A stretch of 64,000 nt of DNA from an uncultured Desulfovibrionaceae bacterium (GCA_944325195.1 CALUZB010000005.1:24011-88010); one strand, 5' to 3'; shown: positions 50,654 to 62,077, numbered from the stretch's first letter. Numbers and translations are program-made. The notes: generated by a model not told the origin, from the letters alone.

Positions 50654-51562
50654 ATGCTTCGTTTCATCAACAGTTGGATTCTTCCCATTGCCATGCTGGG
50701 CGGTGCAGCGCTGCACCCCTGGATCGGCCGTTTGAGCCCTTACATTCCGGTGCTCCTGTTCATCATGCTGTTCATCACGTTCTGCCGTATTTCCCCGCGC
50801 GATTTACGCTTCCGCAAACTGCACTTTCTGATGCTGGCTCTGCAAATCGGCTTAAGCGTGCTGGTTTATCTTGCGCTTCGCCCGGTAAACCCAATCCTCG
50901 CCCAAGGAGCAATGATCTGCCTGCTGGCCCCACCGGCCACAGCCTCGCCGGTAATCACCGGACTTCTGGGCGGCGACCTGTCCTACTCCACTTCCTTTCT
51001 GTTCCTGAGCAATCTGGCTGTGGCGGTTGCCGCGCCGTTGTTTTTCACCTGCATTGAGCCTGAAGGCGCCGGGCAGATCTCCTTTGTCGGTTCAGCCGCA
51101 CTGATTGGGGCCAAGCTCTTCCCCATTCTGCTGCTGCCGCTGGCCTGCGCCTGGTCGGTGCGGGCATGGCTTCCGAAATTCCACGCCTGGGTAATCTCAA
51201 AATCCACCTTTGCCCTTTATTTATGGGCCTGCTCTCTGGCTGTGGTTACCGGGAGCACGGTTTACTTCATCGTGCATCAGGAAAACCCGGATTACCGCCT
51301 GGAACTCTCGCTTACCGGCGCCGCCCTGCTGCTTTGCATAATTACCTTTGCAACCGGCAAGTTATTGGGCCGACTGTTCCACGACCCCATTGCCTGCGGC
51401 CAGTCCTTGGGTCAGAAAAACACCGTTCTGGCGATCTGGCTGTCGCTCAGCTTCCTGAACCCGCTTGCTTCCGTGGCCCCGGCCGCCTATGTGCTCTGGC
51501 AGAACCTGTTCAATTCATGGCAGATCTGGCGCAAACAGAAAAAGAGCCGCTTGCCCGGCTAA
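50654..51562 (+). CDS. BASS/SBF-like (bile acid:Na+ symporter family) membrane transporter
   Basis: The start MLRFINSWILPIAML is preferred, but it has no clear SD. The alternative TTG at 50603 is possible. Sequence: CLLAPPATASPVITGLLGGD. It is polytopic. Confidence 0.6.
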   Translation: MLRFINSWILPIAMLGGAALHPWIGRLSPYIPVLLFIMLFITFCRISPRDLRFRKLHFLMLALQIGLSVLVYLALRPVNPILAQGAMICLLAPPATASPVITGLLGGDLSYSTSFLFLSNLAVAVAAPLFFTCIEPEGAGQISFVGSAALIGAKLFPILLLPLACAWSVRAWLPKFHAWVISKSTFALYLWACSLAVVTGSTVYFIVHQENPDYRLELSLTGAALLLCIITFATGKLLGRLFHDPIACGQSLGQKNTVLAIWLSLSFLNPLASVAPAAYVLWQNLFNSWQIWRKQKKSRLPG

Positions 51563-51762
51563 CCCGAATCAACTTGCAAAGTCGGTCTGCTTTGGTAACG
51601 GCACGGGGCGGATACCGGCGCCGCCCGTTCCGTGGGGAATGCGTTTTTCCACGAAACGGGCGGTTGTGCAAGAATTGAAAGATGACATCTCCGGCAGGCG
51701 TTTAAACCTTGACCGGCTGCGCTTCCGAGCCTGCCCGGGCAAGTCGCGGCGGCTGAAAACCG

Positions 51763-52296
51763 TTATGCCCCCTGGATATCTGACTCCGGAACGCCGCGCA
51801 TGGACCTTGCCGCGCTGTCCAGAATGCCGTTGATAAAGGCCAGGGCCTTCTGATCGGCATACTGCCGGGCCAGTTCCAGGGCTTCGCTGATCACCACTTT
51901 TTCCGGCACGTCCAGGTTGAATTTCAATTCATACAGAGCCATGCGCAGCACGGTAAGCTCCACCCGGCCCAGACGCTCCACTTTCCACCCTTCTGAAAAA
52001 GCGGCGATCAGCCTGTCCAGGTCCGCGCTCCCCGCCCATACCCCATAAACCAGGTCCCAAGCGAACCCTTCCGGCCGGGCCGGCGGCGGAACTTCTTCGC
52101 CCTCCAGCAGCGACGCATCCTTAATGGTATTGGCGTTGGAGAAAATCCGCGCCAACTCCTCCGGGTTGTCCGGCGGATTGAAGCCCAGACTGTAAAGCAC
52201 CTGAAAGGCATAGCCGCGGGCAATCCGCCGATTTCGAACAAAGGACCGGGGACGTTTCGGGGCGGCTCCGCCCGGGTTGTTCTGAACTTTCTGCAT
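51763..52296 (-). CDS. nusB: Transcription antitermination factor NusB
   Basis: 177 aa. Sequence: ARGYAFQVLYS...LRMALYEL....PEKVVISEALELAR...FINGILD. The start overlaps the ribH stop (TAATG). Confidence 0.9.
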   Translation of the reverse strand: MQKVQNNPGGAAPKRPRSFVRNRRIARGYAFQVLYSLGFNPPDNPEELARIFSNANTIKDASLLEGEEVPPPARPEGFAWDLVYGVWAGSADLDRLIAAFSEGWKVERLGRVELTVLRMALYELKFNLDVPEKVVISEALELARQYADQKALAFINGILDSAARSMRGVPESDIQGA

Positions 52297-52778
52297 TACA
52301 ACTGCTCCAATACCCGCGCGGTTTCAAGCATGGCCAAAGCAGCCTCAACCCCTTTGTTTCCGGCCTTACTGCCAGCCCGCTCCACCGCCTGCTCCAGATT
52401 ATCACAGGTGAGCAACCCGAACCCCACAGGAATGGAGTGCTTCAGCGCAACCTGGGCAATGCCCTTGGCGCACTCGGCGCACACATAGTCAAAATGCGGG
52501 GTGGCTCCCCGGATTACCGCGCCCAGAGCCACCAGGCCCGCGTACTTTCCGCTTTGAGCGGCCCGGTCGCAAACCAGAGGCAGTTCAAAAGCGCCCGGCA
52601 CTTTGATCACCGTAAGGTCGGCCCGCTCTGCACCGTGCCTGACCAGACAATCCAGCGCCCCGTCCAGCAGACGGCCGGTAATGAAATCGTTGAAGCGGCT
52701 GACTACCAGGCCCACTTTCAATCCCCGGGCGTTCAACACGCCCTCGATCCGCTTTACAGATGTATCCACAAAACCCAT
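52296..52778 (-). CDS. ribH: 6,7-dimethyl-8-ribityllumazine synthase
   Basis: The internal start [13 protein letters not shown] is preferred over the track start at 52877. Sequence: VVSRFNDFI...VPGAFELP...[14 protein letters not shown]. Confidence 0.92.
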   Translation of the reverse strand: MGFVDTSVKRIEGVLNARGLKVGLVVSRFNDFITGRLLDGALDCLVRHGAERADLTVIKVPGAFELPLVCDRAAQSGKYAGLVALGAVIRGATPHFDYVCAECAKGIAQVALKHSIPVGFGLLTCDNLEQAVERAGSKAGNKGVEAALAMLETARVLEQL

Positions 52779-53010
52779 AAATCCCCCTTTGGGAGTATGT
52801 TTGATGGTTAAATCAACCGCCAGCCGCGCCGCCACCGCCTGTTGCCGCTTCAGCCGGCAGTCGGACTTTGCCTGCATTCAGACCGGCGACAGCACGCCGT
52901 CGGCAAAACCGCCCGCCCTCATCACCGGCGACAGGATTTAAAGCCGTCTTTCGCGGGGCGTTTCCGGCCTGAAATCTCCGGAGCGGGCCGGCCTTGAGAG
53001 TCAGTCGGCT

Positions 53011-54231
53011 CTAGCGCCTGCAGGTGCAGGTTCCGGCAAGCAGGTGACCCATTTTTTCCTTTTTAGTGCGCAGATAGGCCTCATTGAACGGACTCTGGCC
53101 CAACTCCAGCGGCACCCGCTCCACAACGTTCAGGCCGTAGCCTTCCAGGCCGATGATCTTTTTGGGGTTGTTGGTAAGCAACCTGATTTTCCTGAGCCCC
53201 AAATCCAGCAACACCTGAGCCCCGATGCCGTAGTCGCGCAAATCTTCCTTGAACCCCAGCCGCAAATTCGCGTCCACCGTATCCAGCCCCTGATCCTGCA
53301 GGGCATAGGCCTTGATTTTGTTGGCCAGACCGATGCCGCGCCCTTCCTGACGCATATACAGCACCACCCCGCGCCCGGTTTCGCTGATTGCCTGCATGGC
53401 GGCGTGCAGTTGCGGGCCGCAATCACAGCGCAGGGAAGCAAAGGTGTCGCCGGTAAGGCACTCGCTGTGCACCCGCACCAGTACCGGCTCACTGCCGCTG
53501 ATATCGCCTTTAACCAGGGCCACCGGAGTATCTTCCCCCAAATTGGACTCATAGGCAATGATTTTGAACTCGCCGAAAACTGTGGGCAAGGCAGCTTCGC
53601 CAACCCGCTTAATCGACGTTTCCCCCAGACTGAGCCGGTATTTTATCAAATCGCGGATTGTGGCGATTTTCAGATGATGTTCCGCTGCAAACCGTTCCAG
53701 ATCGGGCATGCGCGCCATTTTCCCGTCTTCCCGCAACACCTCGCAAATTACCGCCGCCTGCTTCAGCCCGGCCAGACGGGCCAGATCGGTGCTGCCCTCG
53801 GTTTGCCCGGCCCGGGTCAGCACGCCGCCCTCCTGAGCGCGAATGGGAAAAATATGGCCGGGGCTGACCACATCGCGGGGCCCGGCATCGTCGGCCACAG
53901 CCCGCAAAATGGTGGTGGCCCGGTCGGCCGCGGAAATTCCGGTGCTCACGCCCTCGCGGGCCTCAATGGACACCGTGAAGTTGGTGCCGAATTTGGACTC
54001 GTTGCTTTGGGTCATCATCGGCAGTTCAAGCCTGTCCACCAACTCGCCGCTCAGGGCCAGACACACCAGGCCCCGGGCATGGGTAACCATGAAATTAATC
54101 ACTTCCGGGGTAACGAACTCGGCCGCTATGGTGATGTCGCCCTCGTTCTCCCGGTCTTCATCATCCACCAGAATAATCATTTCGCCGTTTTTAATCAGCT
54201 GAACGGCTTCAGTAATCGAGCAAACGCCCAT
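53011..54231 (-). CDS. ribBA: Bifunctional DHBP synthase / GTP cyclohydrolase II
   Basis: The start [11 protein letters not shown] has a GGAGAG SD. Sequence: [11 protein letters not shown]...[10 protein letters not shown]...CDCG...[11 protein letters not shown]. Confidence 0.95.
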   Translation of the reverse strand: MGVCSITEAVQLIKNGEMIILVDDEDRENEGDITIAAEFVTPEVINFMVTHARGLVCLALSGELVDRLELPMMTQSNESKFGTNFTVSIEAREGVSTGISAADRATTILRAVADDAGPRDVVSPGHIFPIRAQEGGVLTRAGQTEGSTDLARLAGLKQAAVICEVLREDGKMARMPDLERFAAEHHLKIATIRDLIKYRLSLGETSIKRVGEAALPTVFGEFKIIAYESNLGEDTPVALVKGDISGSEPVLVRVHSECLTGDTFASLRCDCGPQLHAAMQAISETGRGVVLYMRQEGRGIGLANKIKAYALQDQGLDTVDANLRLGFKEDLRDYGIGAQVLLDLGLRKIRLLTNNPKKIIGLEGYGLNVVERVPLELGQSPFNEAYLRTKKEKMGHLLAGTCTCRR

Positions 54232-54418
54232 TTCAATCTCTCCGCCAACGCAAATTGTCATATCTGCCCGGTCTGCGTTTATCCCGGGCGAACGCGGGCC
54301 GCCCAACCGGCCCGACTTAACACCGGGAACCGGTTACAGGGTGCGCCTCACCCGGCTCCGCCCCCGGTTTATTGGCCGGGCCTGGCCCGCTTAAGCGGCT
54401 TAATTAAACCCGTTATTG

Positions 54419-54602
54419 ATGTTTCAATCCACAGTCGTCCCCAGCCGCCGACTGACTCTCGCGCGCGGCGGACAGGGGGCGTGCGGATTGCCTCTCCCTC
54501 AAGGGGGAGGTTACAAAAAAAGATTTCATCGGCTGCGCCGTATTGTCAAGAACTTTTTCCCGCCTTTCGGAGGCGGTTTTAAACCATAAAGGAATGTTTG
54601 AT
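54419..54602 (+). repeat. Mosaic multi-hairpin repeat, copy C (most diverged; overlaps the ribE 3' end)
   Basis: ATGTTTCAATCCACAGTCGTCCCCAGCCGCCGAC...GGACAGGGGGCGTGCGGATTG, then CCTCTCCCTCAAGGGGGAGG...TTGTCAAGAAC...CCGCCTTTCGGAGGCGG...AAAGGAATGTTTGA. Confidence 0.85.
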
Positions 54603-55289
54603 AAAAAAGTCCGGACCAAGCCCCGTCCCTCTGCTTTCAGCACTGCCCTGAGCCCGGCCGCTGCCCGGCCCGGCCGCCGGATCCGCCTGATGCAGGCGAA
54701 GCATTTTCGCCACATACTTGCCCAGCAAATCCACTTCCAGATTAGCGGCATGGCCCGGGCGCCAGAAACGGGCGGTTGTGGCACTCCAGGTTGCGGGAAT
54801 AAGGTTCAGCTCAAAATAACCGGGGCCGCAGGCGTTGACCGTAAGACTGATTCCATCCACACAAACAGAGCCCTTGTTCACAATGTACATATCCAGGGCC
54901 GGGTCACAGGCGAATCGAACCAGATGTGAAGCGGAGCGGTTTTCCAGGCGACTTACTTCCGCCAGACCGTCCACATGCCCACTGACAATATGCCCGCCCA
55001 GACGCTGCCCCAAGCACAGGGCCGGCTCAAGATTCACCCTGCTGCCGGGGGTCAGTCGGCCCAGAGTGGTGTTGCTTAGAGTTTCCTCGGAAGCATAAGC
55101 GCTGAAAGCCAGAGTAGTGCCGATGAAGCGGGTTTTTTCAGCGGTGAGACACACCCCGTTCACGGCCACGCTGTCGCCGGGCAACACCGCGTCCGCCGCC
55201 AGAGGGGCATTGATTTCCAGGCGCAAATCCCGCGCCTGCCTGGAAACTTCCTTAACCACGCCTAGCGCGGCAACCAGCCCTGTAAACAT
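54579..55289 (-). CDS. ribE: Riboflavin synthase alpha chain, with an atypical C-terminal tail of about 30 aa
   Basis: Sequence: MFTGLVAALGVVKEV...SVAVNGVCLT...VNLE...GHIVSGHVDG. The last 8 codons and the stop lie inside repeat copy C. Confidence 0.92.
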   Translation of the reverse strand: MFTGLVAALGVVKEVSRQARDLRLEINAPLAADAVLPGDSVAVNGVCLTAEKTRFIGTTLAFSAYASEETLSNTTLGRLTPGSRVNLEPALCLGQRLGGHIVSGHVDGLAEVSRLENRSASHLVRFACDPALDMYIVNKGSVCVDGISLTVNACGPGYFELNLIPATWSATTARFWRPGHAANLEVDLLGKYVAKMLRLHQADPAAGPGSGRAQGSAESRGTGLGPDFFIKHSFMV

Positions 55290-55447
55290 TCAGCCCCCTT
55301 ACAATTCCTTTGTAAGTTAAACCGCCCTGCCGGGGCAAACCAAAGCGTTCACTGGTGAGCCCCCGGTCGCCAATCGGCTTTGCCGGTAATTATCTTCCGC
55401 CCGCTCGTAAACACGAAGCTTCCACCCGACGCATGGAAGCAGCGCGC

Positions 55448-56806
55448 TCAGTCCGCGCTTGAAGCCGCCTGCGGATTGGAACAAGCATAGCGGGAAATGA
55501 TATCCCCGCCCAGACTGCCTACCTGCAGCAACTGCAATCGGAGCGCATCGTCCGGCGCTGTTGGGGCGAGCCCGTCAAACAGATTCACAGCCTGCCGGTC
55601 GGCCATGAGCAACGGGGCCTGATGCAGCTCGAACTCCTGCACCAGACCGGCCTGGAGCAAACTCAGCCCCAAACGGCCGCCGCCTTCACACAAAATGCGG
55701 TGCAGACCAAACTGAGTGCGCAGGCGCGCCAGAATTTCCCGCAGGTCTTGCCGGCTGAAGCCGCCGCCCGTCCGGCCCGGCTCCGCGACGGACTGACTGC
55801 TGCCGCTTAAGCTGAAGCAAAGCAGTTCGGCTCCATACACCGCCAGCAGCTCCCGTTGTCCGGCCAGCGGAGAATTGCTTGCGGTGACGAAAATCAGATC
55901 TCGCCCACGTTCACGGAGCAGCCGGGGCAAAGCCGCCGGGTTCAGGGCCCGATTGCCCAGCACCACCGCCACCGGCTGACTGACAGTTTGGGGCCACTCC
56001 AAATCCGGCCAGAGGTAAGCGGACCGGGCGCCGCTCCGGCCGGAGAGCCGGAATGCGTCAGGCGGGGACACACCGTTCAAACCAATGCCCTTTTCAGATG
56101 CGGGCACCGCGCCCACCCCGGAAGCAGCCACGGGGGCAGAACCGGGAAAAGGAGTCGGGAAATCGGCCGGACGCACGTTGAGCAAAGGATCATCCGCCCG
56201 CAGAGTGCCGCCGCCAATCAACACCGCGTGGTTTCTGCTCCGCAGCAGGTGCACCCGCTCGCGGGCGGCGGGACCGGTAAGCCAACGGGATTTGCCGGTG
56301 CGGGTGGCAATAAATCCGTCCAGACTGGCGGCCATTTTCAGAGTGAGAAACGGCAAATCGCCGGTCTGCCAGTGCAGGAAATCGGCAATCAGCTCTTTGC
56401 AGGTCTGCGCCAGCAACCCCACTTCCACCCGCACGCCGTGCCGCCGTAAAAAATCCGCTCCCCCGGCCGCTTTTGGGGTGGGATCGGCGCACCCGACAAC
56501 AACATGGCGGATACCGGCGCGCAAAATCGCCTCAGTGCAGGGCGGGGTTTTCCCGTGATGATTGCACGGCTCAAGGGTAACCAGCAAAGTGCAATGTTCC
56601 GGCTCCACCCCTCTGCGGGCGGCGTCGGCCAGACAATTGATTTCAGCGTGCGGCCCGCCGTATTCCCGGTGCCAGCCCTCGGCCACGATTTCGCCGTTGC
56701 GCACCAGCACCGCCCCTACCGCCGGATTGGGAGCAACCGCCGGATATCCCCGTTGCGCCAGCAGAATAGCCCGGCGCATGGCCCGTTCCCAAACAGGCCT
56801 GCTCAT
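55448..56806 (-). CDS. ribD: Bifunctional riboflavin deaminase/reductase RibD, with an insertion of about 50-60 aa in the reductase domain
   Basis: Sequence: HAEINCL...[13 protein letters not shown]...[10 protein letters not shown]...LCEGGGRL. Confidence 0.93.
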   Translation of the reverse strand: MSRPVWERAMRRAILLAQRGYPAVAPNPAVGAVLVRNGEIVAEGWHREYGGPHAEINCLADAARRGVEPEHCTLLVTLEPCNHHGKTPPCTEAILRAGIRHVVVGCADPTPKAAGGADFLRRHGVRVEVGLLAQTCKELIADFLHWQTGDLPFLTLKMAASLDGFIATRTGKSRWLTGPAARERVHLLRSRNHAVLIGGGTLRADDPLLNVRPADFPTPFPGSAPVAASGVGAVPASEKGIGLNGVSPPDAFRLSGRSGARSAYLWPDLEWPQTVSQPVAVVLGNRALNPAALPRLLRERGRDLIFVTASNSPLAGQRELLAVYGAELLCFSLSGSSQSVAEPGRTGGGFSRQDLREILARLRTQFGLHRILCEGGGRLGLSLLQAGLVQEFELHQAPLLMADRQAVNLFDGLAPTAPDDALRLQLLQVGSLGGDIISRYACSNPQAASSAD

Positions 56807-57285
56807 GGGGCAATCACCGGAAAAGCAGCGGGGTCAACGCACAGGGTTTGAAAAGGAATGCCCGACTGCCCGGCCATTTCAGCGGCCAGTTCATCCGGGT
56901 AGGGATTGGCGAAATAAACGGCGCTGACCCCACAGTTGATCAGCATTTTGGTGCAGATCAGACAGGGCTGATGTGTACAGTAAATCTCCGCCCCGGCAAG
57001 GGAAATGCCGTGCACTGCGGCCTGGATAATCACGTTCTGCTCCGCGTGCAGGCCGATGCACACCTCATGCCGCTCGCCGGACGGAATGCCCAACTGCCGG
57101 CGCAGACAGCCGGTATCCAGGCAATGAGGAATGCCGGACGGAGCGCCGTTGTAGCCTGTGGCGAGAATACGCCGGTCTTTCACGGCCAATGCCCCCACCT
57201 TGCGCCGCAAGCAGGTAGAGCGTTGCGCCACGATATAAGTGATTTGCATAAAATATTGCGGCCAGGGCAAACGTTGCACGCTCAT
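56803..57285 (-). CDS. dCMP / cytidine-deoxycytidylate deaminase family protein
   Basis: 160 aa. Sequence: HAEQNVI...[13 protein letters not shown]. It overlaps the ribD start by 4 nt. Confidence 0.88.
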   Translation of the reverse strand: MSVQRLPWPQYFMQITYIVAQRSTCLRRKVGALAVKDRRILATGYNGAPSGIPHCLDTGCLRRQLGIPSGERHEVCIGLHAEQNVIIQAAVHGISLAGAEIYCTHQPCLICTKMLINCGVSAVYFANPYPDELAAEMAGQSGIPFQTLCVDPAAFPVIAP

Positions 57286-57604
57286 TCACGAGCCTCCGGG
57301 CTGAATTGTCTGAAACTGGAATAACCCGCTTTGAACAGCCGGGCGGGCGGCAGCATCTTCAGAGCATACCCCAATCGGACTGCACCCGCAAGCGGAACAG
57401 GCGTCCGGGCCGGAAAGCTCTGAACGTATTTCCGGAAGCCTCTGCCGGACGACTATTCGGAACGCTCCGCCGAAAACATGCGGGACGGCCGTTCACAGCG
57501 GCTTTACCATCACGCCGGGCAAACTCCCGGCGAAGTCATTTATGGGAATGACTTCTGAAAACACACAGACTGCTGTGCAGCCGGAACAGATCCACCTGAA
57601 TTAC

Positions 57605-57784
57605 ATGTTTCAATCCACAGTCGCCCCACCCGCCGCCCGCCTCTCGCCGCGGACGGATAGGGGGCGTGCGGATTGCCTCTCGCCTTTCGGGAGAGGTTAC
57701 GACAAAAGGATAGGCTTCACCGTTTTGTCAAATCATCTTTTCCCCCTGAAGGGAGCGGTTTCAAACCGCAAAGGAATTTTTGAG
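57605..57784 (+). repeat. Mosaic multi-hairpin repeat, copy D
   Basis: ATGTTTCAATCCACAGTCGCCCCACCCGCCG...CGGATAGGGGGCGTGCGGATTG, then CCTCTCGCCTTTCGGGAGAGG...TTTGTCAAATCATC, CCCCCTGAAGGGAG, GCGGTTTCAAACCGC, AAAGGAATTTTTGA. Confidence 0.9.
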
Positions 57785-58299
57785 CAACCCTCTGTTTAAG
57801 TGCAGGCAACTCTGACAAACTGCGGTAAAAAGGGATACCTTTACATACGGCGGACCGGGACAGCGGACACAACAGCGCTTGCAGTAAAGCCGACACATCT
57901 CTCCCGGCGCGGACACACCGCGTGCTTCAACTACGCTTATCGGCAGTAAGCGCCGTATTCGCCGTCAAACAAGCGGCGACAGTATCACCGGCGGGCGGCA
58001 AAGCCCCTGTCCATATTCGACGACAGGGGCTTGAAAACAAATCTCATCAGAGCCGTCCCGCCGCAAAAATGCTCTGACAGCGGGCGCAACTCAAACCGAT
58101 CAGACGCAATCGCCCCCAGGCTACTGGTATCGCGCCGATCTGACCGCCGGACGGGTTTGCTGTTCCGCCTGGATCTGCCTGACGTCAACGGTCAGTTCAA
58201 TGTCGTCTGCCGCGGGCCGACACCCGGCACACCCACGAGCAGCCCGGCCCGGCTCATCTCAATGGTCAGCTAAACTGCGTCCGCGCGCGAGCCCCACCC

Positions 58300-59538
58300 C
58301 TACCAGGCAAATAAAGGATAAGCGCTGGCGAACCGGGCCACCTCGCGGGAAATATCCTTGAGTTTGGTCTGGTTGCCGATGTTAGCCAGGGCGTCGCTGA
58401 TCCAGCCGGCAATCTGCTCCATTTCCTTTTCCTTCATTCCCCGGGTGGTGAGCGCCGGCGTGCCCAGCCGTAACCCGGAAGTGATGAAGGGGGAACGGGT
58501 TTCAAACGGAACGCTGTTCTTGTTGGCGGTAATCCCGGCCTCATCCAGGGCCAGTTGCGCGTCCTTGCCGGTGTATTCCTTTTCAGTCAGGTCAACCAGA
58601 ATCAGGTGATTATCGGTTCCGCCGGAAACCAGTTTGAACCCGGCGTCCTGAAGCCGGGCAGCCAGCACCGCCGCATTTTTCACCACCTGTTCCTGGTATG
58701 TTTTATAAGCGGGGCGCAAGGCCTCGCCCAAGGCCACGGCTTTGGCCGCAATCACATGCATCAGCGGCCCGCCCTGCATACCGGGGAAAATCATGCTGTT
58801 CAGCGGCTTGGCGAACTCGTCTGAGGAGAGGATCATCCCGCCGCGCGGCCCGCGCAAGGTTTTATGGGTGGTGGTGGTGGTTACGTGCGCGTGAGGGACC
58901 GGGGAAGGATGCAGCCCGGCGGCCACCAGCCCGGCAATGTGGGCCATATCCACCACCAGCTTTGCTTCCACCATATCGGCGATCCGGCGGAAACGCTGGA
59001 AATCAATCACCCGCGGATAGGCGCTGGCCCCGGCCACAATCAGTTTAGGGCGGTGTTCCTTAGCCAAAGCCTCCACCTGGTCATAATCAATGGTGCCGGT
59101 TTCCCGGCTCACGCCGTAACCCACAATCTTATAGAAGCGGCCGGAGAAGTTCACCGGACTGCCGTGGGTAAGGTGTCCACCGTGGGACAAATCCATTGAA
59201 AGAATGGTGTCGCCGGGTTCAATCAGCGAAAAATACACGGCCATATTCGCCTGTGAGCCGGAGTGCGGCTGTACGTTGACATATTCCGCGTCGAACAGCT
59301 TCTTAGCCCGGGCAATGGCCAGATTTTCCACCTCGTCCACATATTCGCAACCGCCGTAATAGCGTTTGCCCGGGTAACCCTCGGCATATTTATGGGTAAG
59401 CACGCTGCCTTGCGCCTGGCGCACTGCTGTGGATACAAAATTCTCCGACGCGATAAGCTCGAGCTTGGAAGTTTGGCGCTCAACTTCCCGCACAATGGAA
59501 CAGCCGACTTCCGGATCCTGAATCAACAATTCTTCCAT
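58300..59538 (-). CDS. glyA: Serine hydroxymethyltransferase
   Basis: The internal start [11 protein letters not shown] is preferred over the track start at 59634. Sequence: ELIASENF...[11 protein letters not shown]. Confidence 0.96.
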   Translation of the reverse strand: MEELLIQDPEVGCSIVREVERQTSKLELIASENFVSTAVRQAQGSVLTHKYAEGYPGKRYYGGCEYVDEVENLAIARAKKLFDAEYVNVQPHSGSQANMAVYFSLIEPGDTILSMDLSHGGHLTHGSPVNFSGRFYKIVGYGVSRETGTIDYDQVEALAKEHRPKLIVAGASAYPRVIDFQRFRRIADMVEAKLVVDMAHIAGLVAAGLHPSPVPHAHVTTTTTHKTLRGPRGGMILSSDEFAKPLNSMIFPGMQGGPLMHVIAAKAVALGEALRPAYKTYQEQVVKNAAVLAARLQDAGFKLVSGGTDNHLILVDLTEKEYTGKDAQLALDEAGITANKNSVPFETRSPFITSGLRLGTPALTTRGMKEKEMEQIAGWISDALANIGNQTKLKDISREVARFASAYPLFAW

Positions 59539-59554
59539 GACACATCCTTCCCGC

Positions 59555-60799
59555 TTAACGGTATTTCTTATACAAAATGCTGGCGTTAGTGCCGCCGAAC
59601 CCCGCCGAATTGCACAGGGCATATTCCGGAGCAAGCTTTTCAGGGCCGTTGCCCATGTAGTTCAAATCGCATTCCGGATCGGGCTCTTCATAGTTAATGG
59701 TGCCGGGAACCAGGCCGGTTTCCAGGGCTTTTACGGTGAATACGCTCTCCATGCCCCCGGCCGCGCCCAGCAGGTGCCCGGTTTGCGACTTATTGGCGCA
59801 AATGGCGATGTTATATGCGTGCTTGCCGAACACAGCCTTAATGGCCTTGGTTTCCATCAAATCGTTGAGCTGGGTGGAAGTGCCGTGCGCGTTGATGTGG
59901 GTGATTTGCTCCGGCGCTATCCCCGCTACCTGAATGGCCTGGCGCATGGCCTGGGCCATGCCCTCGCCGCTTTCAGAGGGCGCGGTCATATGATAAGCGT
60001 CGCCGCTGGCTCCGAACCCGATTATTTCCGCGTAAACAGTCGCTCCCCGCGCCTGAGCCGATTCCAGCGATTCCACCAGCAAAAACCCGGCTCCCTCGCC
60101 CAACACAAACCCATCCCGGTTTTTATCGAACGGGCGCGACGCCTTTTGCGGGTCATGATTATGGGAAGTGGACAGGGCCTTCAAAGCAGTGAACCCGGAA
60201 ACTCCCATAGGGGTAATGGTCGACTCCACCCCACCGGTAATTACCGCATCGCACCGGCCCAGCATCACCTCCATTGCCGCATAGCCAATGGCGTGCAGAC
60301 CGGAAGAGCAGGCGGAAGTCATTACCAGATTGGCGCCTTTGGCGCCGGTGGCAATGGACACCTGCCCGGGCGCCATGTTTGAAATCAGCATGGGGATCAT
60401 GAACGGCGAGACTTTATTCGGCCCGCTTTCCATCAGTTTGGTGTGGAACTGTTCAATGGTGCTTAAACCGCCCAACCCCACGCCCAACATCACTCCGATC
60501 TTCGCGGCGTTTTGTTCGGTAATTTCCAGACCGGCGTGCTCAAGCAGCATTTTCCCGGCCGCCACGGCGTACTGGGAAAAAATATCCATGCGCCGCGCTT
60601 CTTTCGGATTGATATACGGCTCAGGTTTGAAATTCTTTACTTCACCGGCAATGCGCGCGGCGTATTCGCTGGCGTCGAACCGGGTAATTGGGCCGATTCC
60701 GGATTTACCCGCCAGCAAATTATCCCAGGATTCACCAAGGGTGTTTCCAAGCGGAGTAATCGCGGAAAGCCCCGTTACCACAACACGTTTTATCTGCAT
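59555..60799 (-). CDS. fabF: Beta-ketoacyl-ACP synthase II
   Basis: The start [11 protein letters not shown] is preferred. Sequence: SACSSG...HGTST...[10 protein letters not shown]. Confidence 0.95.
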   Translation of the reverse strand: MQIKRVVVTGLSAITPLGNTLGESWDNLLAGKSGIGPITRFDASEYAARIAGEVKNFKPEPYINPKEARRMDIFSQYAVAAGKMLLEHAGLEITEQNAAKIGVMLGVGLGGLSTIEQFHTKLMESGPNKVSPFMIPMLISNMAPGQVSIATGAKGANLVMTSACSSGLHAIGYAAMEVMLGRCDAVITGGVESTITPMGVSGFTALKALSTSHNHDPQKASRPFDKNRDGFVLGEGAGFLLVESLESAQARGATVYAEIIGFGASGDAYHMTAPSESGEGMAQAMRQAIQVAGIAPEQITHINAHGTSTQLNDLMETKAIKAVFGKHAYNIAICANKSQTGHLLGAAGGMESVFTVKALETGLVPGTINYEEPDPECDLNYMGNGPEKLAPEYALCNSAGFGGTNASILYKKYR

Positions 60800-61032
60800 G
60801 CGTTCTCCGGCTTTGGTTTCAATCTTAAATACAGCCCATTGCCTGCCGCAACCACCGACTGAGCCGCGCCGAACCGGCAACATGCCGAAACAGCGGACGG
60901 TCACGAGCAACAACAAACCTTACGCCGCGTATGCAGCGCAAAAACAAAAACGCGGACAACCACGCCCGTTTTACGGAAGCGGTCCGCGCAGGCTGCCCCC
61001 CCCACAGGCGGAAGGCAGCCTTCGCACCAAAG

Positions 61033-61263
61033 CTACTTGTTATTTTCAATAAAGGAAATCGCGTCTTGTACCTTCAGAATTTTCTGAGCGTCGTCGTCGC
61101 CGATTTCAATGTTGAATTCTTCTTCCATAGCCATGATCAATTCGGTAAGATCCAGGGAGTCTGCGCCCAAATCATCCACAAAAGACGCTTCCGGCTTCAC
61201 TTCTTCTTCATTCACACCAAGCTGTTCAACAATGATCTTTTTCACCTGTTCTTCTACAGACAT
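61033..61263 (-). CDS. acpP: Acyl carrier protein
   Basis: 76 aa with the DLGADSLD phosphopantetheine site. Confidence 0.97.
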   Translation of the reverse strand: MSVEEQVKKIIVEQLGVNEEEVKPEASFVDDLGADSLDLTELIMAMEEEFNIEIGDDDAQKILKVQDAISFIENNK

Positions 61264-61333
61264 AAATCCTCCCGGTGGTAAACCAAGGTCTTTTCGGGTT
61301 TAAAATGTTGCTTAGGACAGGCCTGCCCCCGAT

Positions 61334-62077
61334 TCAGCAGTACAGGCCGCCGTTTACGCCTATTACTTGCCCGGTAATGTAACCGGCCTTTGAAGAAACC
61401 AGGAAAGTTACCAGGTCGGCCACATCTTTGGGCTCGCCGAAACGGGCCAAAGGAATGGCGGAAATATAATCGGCGCGCACCTCATCGGAGAGGGCGCGGG
61501 TCATGTCGGTTTCTATAAAACCGGGCGCGACAGCATTTACAGTGATATTGCGGGCGGCGAGCTCCTTGGCCGCGGATTTGGTAAGACCGATCAGCCCGGC
61601 CTTGGCCGCGGAGTAGTTCACCTGTCCGGGATTGCCCATCTGCCCCACCACAGAGGTGATGTTCACAATCCTGCCCGCCCGTTGCCGGCTCATGATTTTG
61701 GCGGCTTCCCGCAGACAGTTGAAAGCTCCCTTCAGATTAACGTCCAGCACGGCGTTGTAGTCCTCATCCTTCATTCTGATCAGGAACCCGTCTTTAGTAA
61801 TGCCCGCGTTATTCACCAGGGCGGCCAGATGCACCTTGTCTTTAATTTCATCCCGGAAAAAAGCGGCCACAGCCTCAGAGTCGGCCACGTTCAGGGCAAA
61901 CGCGCGCGCCCGGCCCCCTTCGGCAACAATGGCGTCCACCGTCTGCCCGGCCTCTTCCGGGCGGGACACATAGGTCAGGTAAACCTGCAGGCCTGCGCCC
62001 GCCAGACTTTCAGCAATTACCCGCCCGATGCCGCGGGAGCCTCCGGTAACCACTGCGGTGTGCATCAATTCACTCAT
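61334..62077 (-). CDS. fabG: 3-oxoacyl-ACP reductase
   Basis: 247 aa. Sequence: VTGGSRGIG...NNAGIT...YSAAKAG... Confidence 0.95.
   Translation of the reverse strand: MSELMHTAVVTGGSRGIGRVIAESLAGAGLQVYLTYVSRPEEAGQTVDAIVAEGGRARAFALNVADSEAVAAFFRDEIKDKVHLAALVNNAGITKDGFLIRMKDEDYNAVLDVNLKGAFNCLREAAKIMSRQRAGRIVNITSVVGQMGNPGQVNYSAAKAGLIGLTKSAAKELAARNITVNAVAPGFIETDMTRALSDEVRADYISAIPLARFGEPKDVADLVTFLVSSKAGYITGQVIGVNGGLYC

Noticed and set aside
54232-54418. FMN (RFN) riboswitch upstream of ribBA
   Set aside because: I looked for the conserved core (GGGGCAGGGTGAAATTCCC...CCGACGGT.AAAGTCCGGATG). Only vague G-rich similarity is present, which is not enough to call without a covariance-model scan.
53044-54582. 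512-aa plus-strand ORF
   Set aside because: It is antisense to ribBA, which has unambiguous motifs. It is the shadow-ORF type typical of GC-rich DNA, with a biased G/H/Q/P/A composition, no domain and no SD.
14448-57784. A CRISPR array
   Set aside because: The repeat-like units are solitary. No regular repeat-spacer periodicity occurs anywhere in the window.
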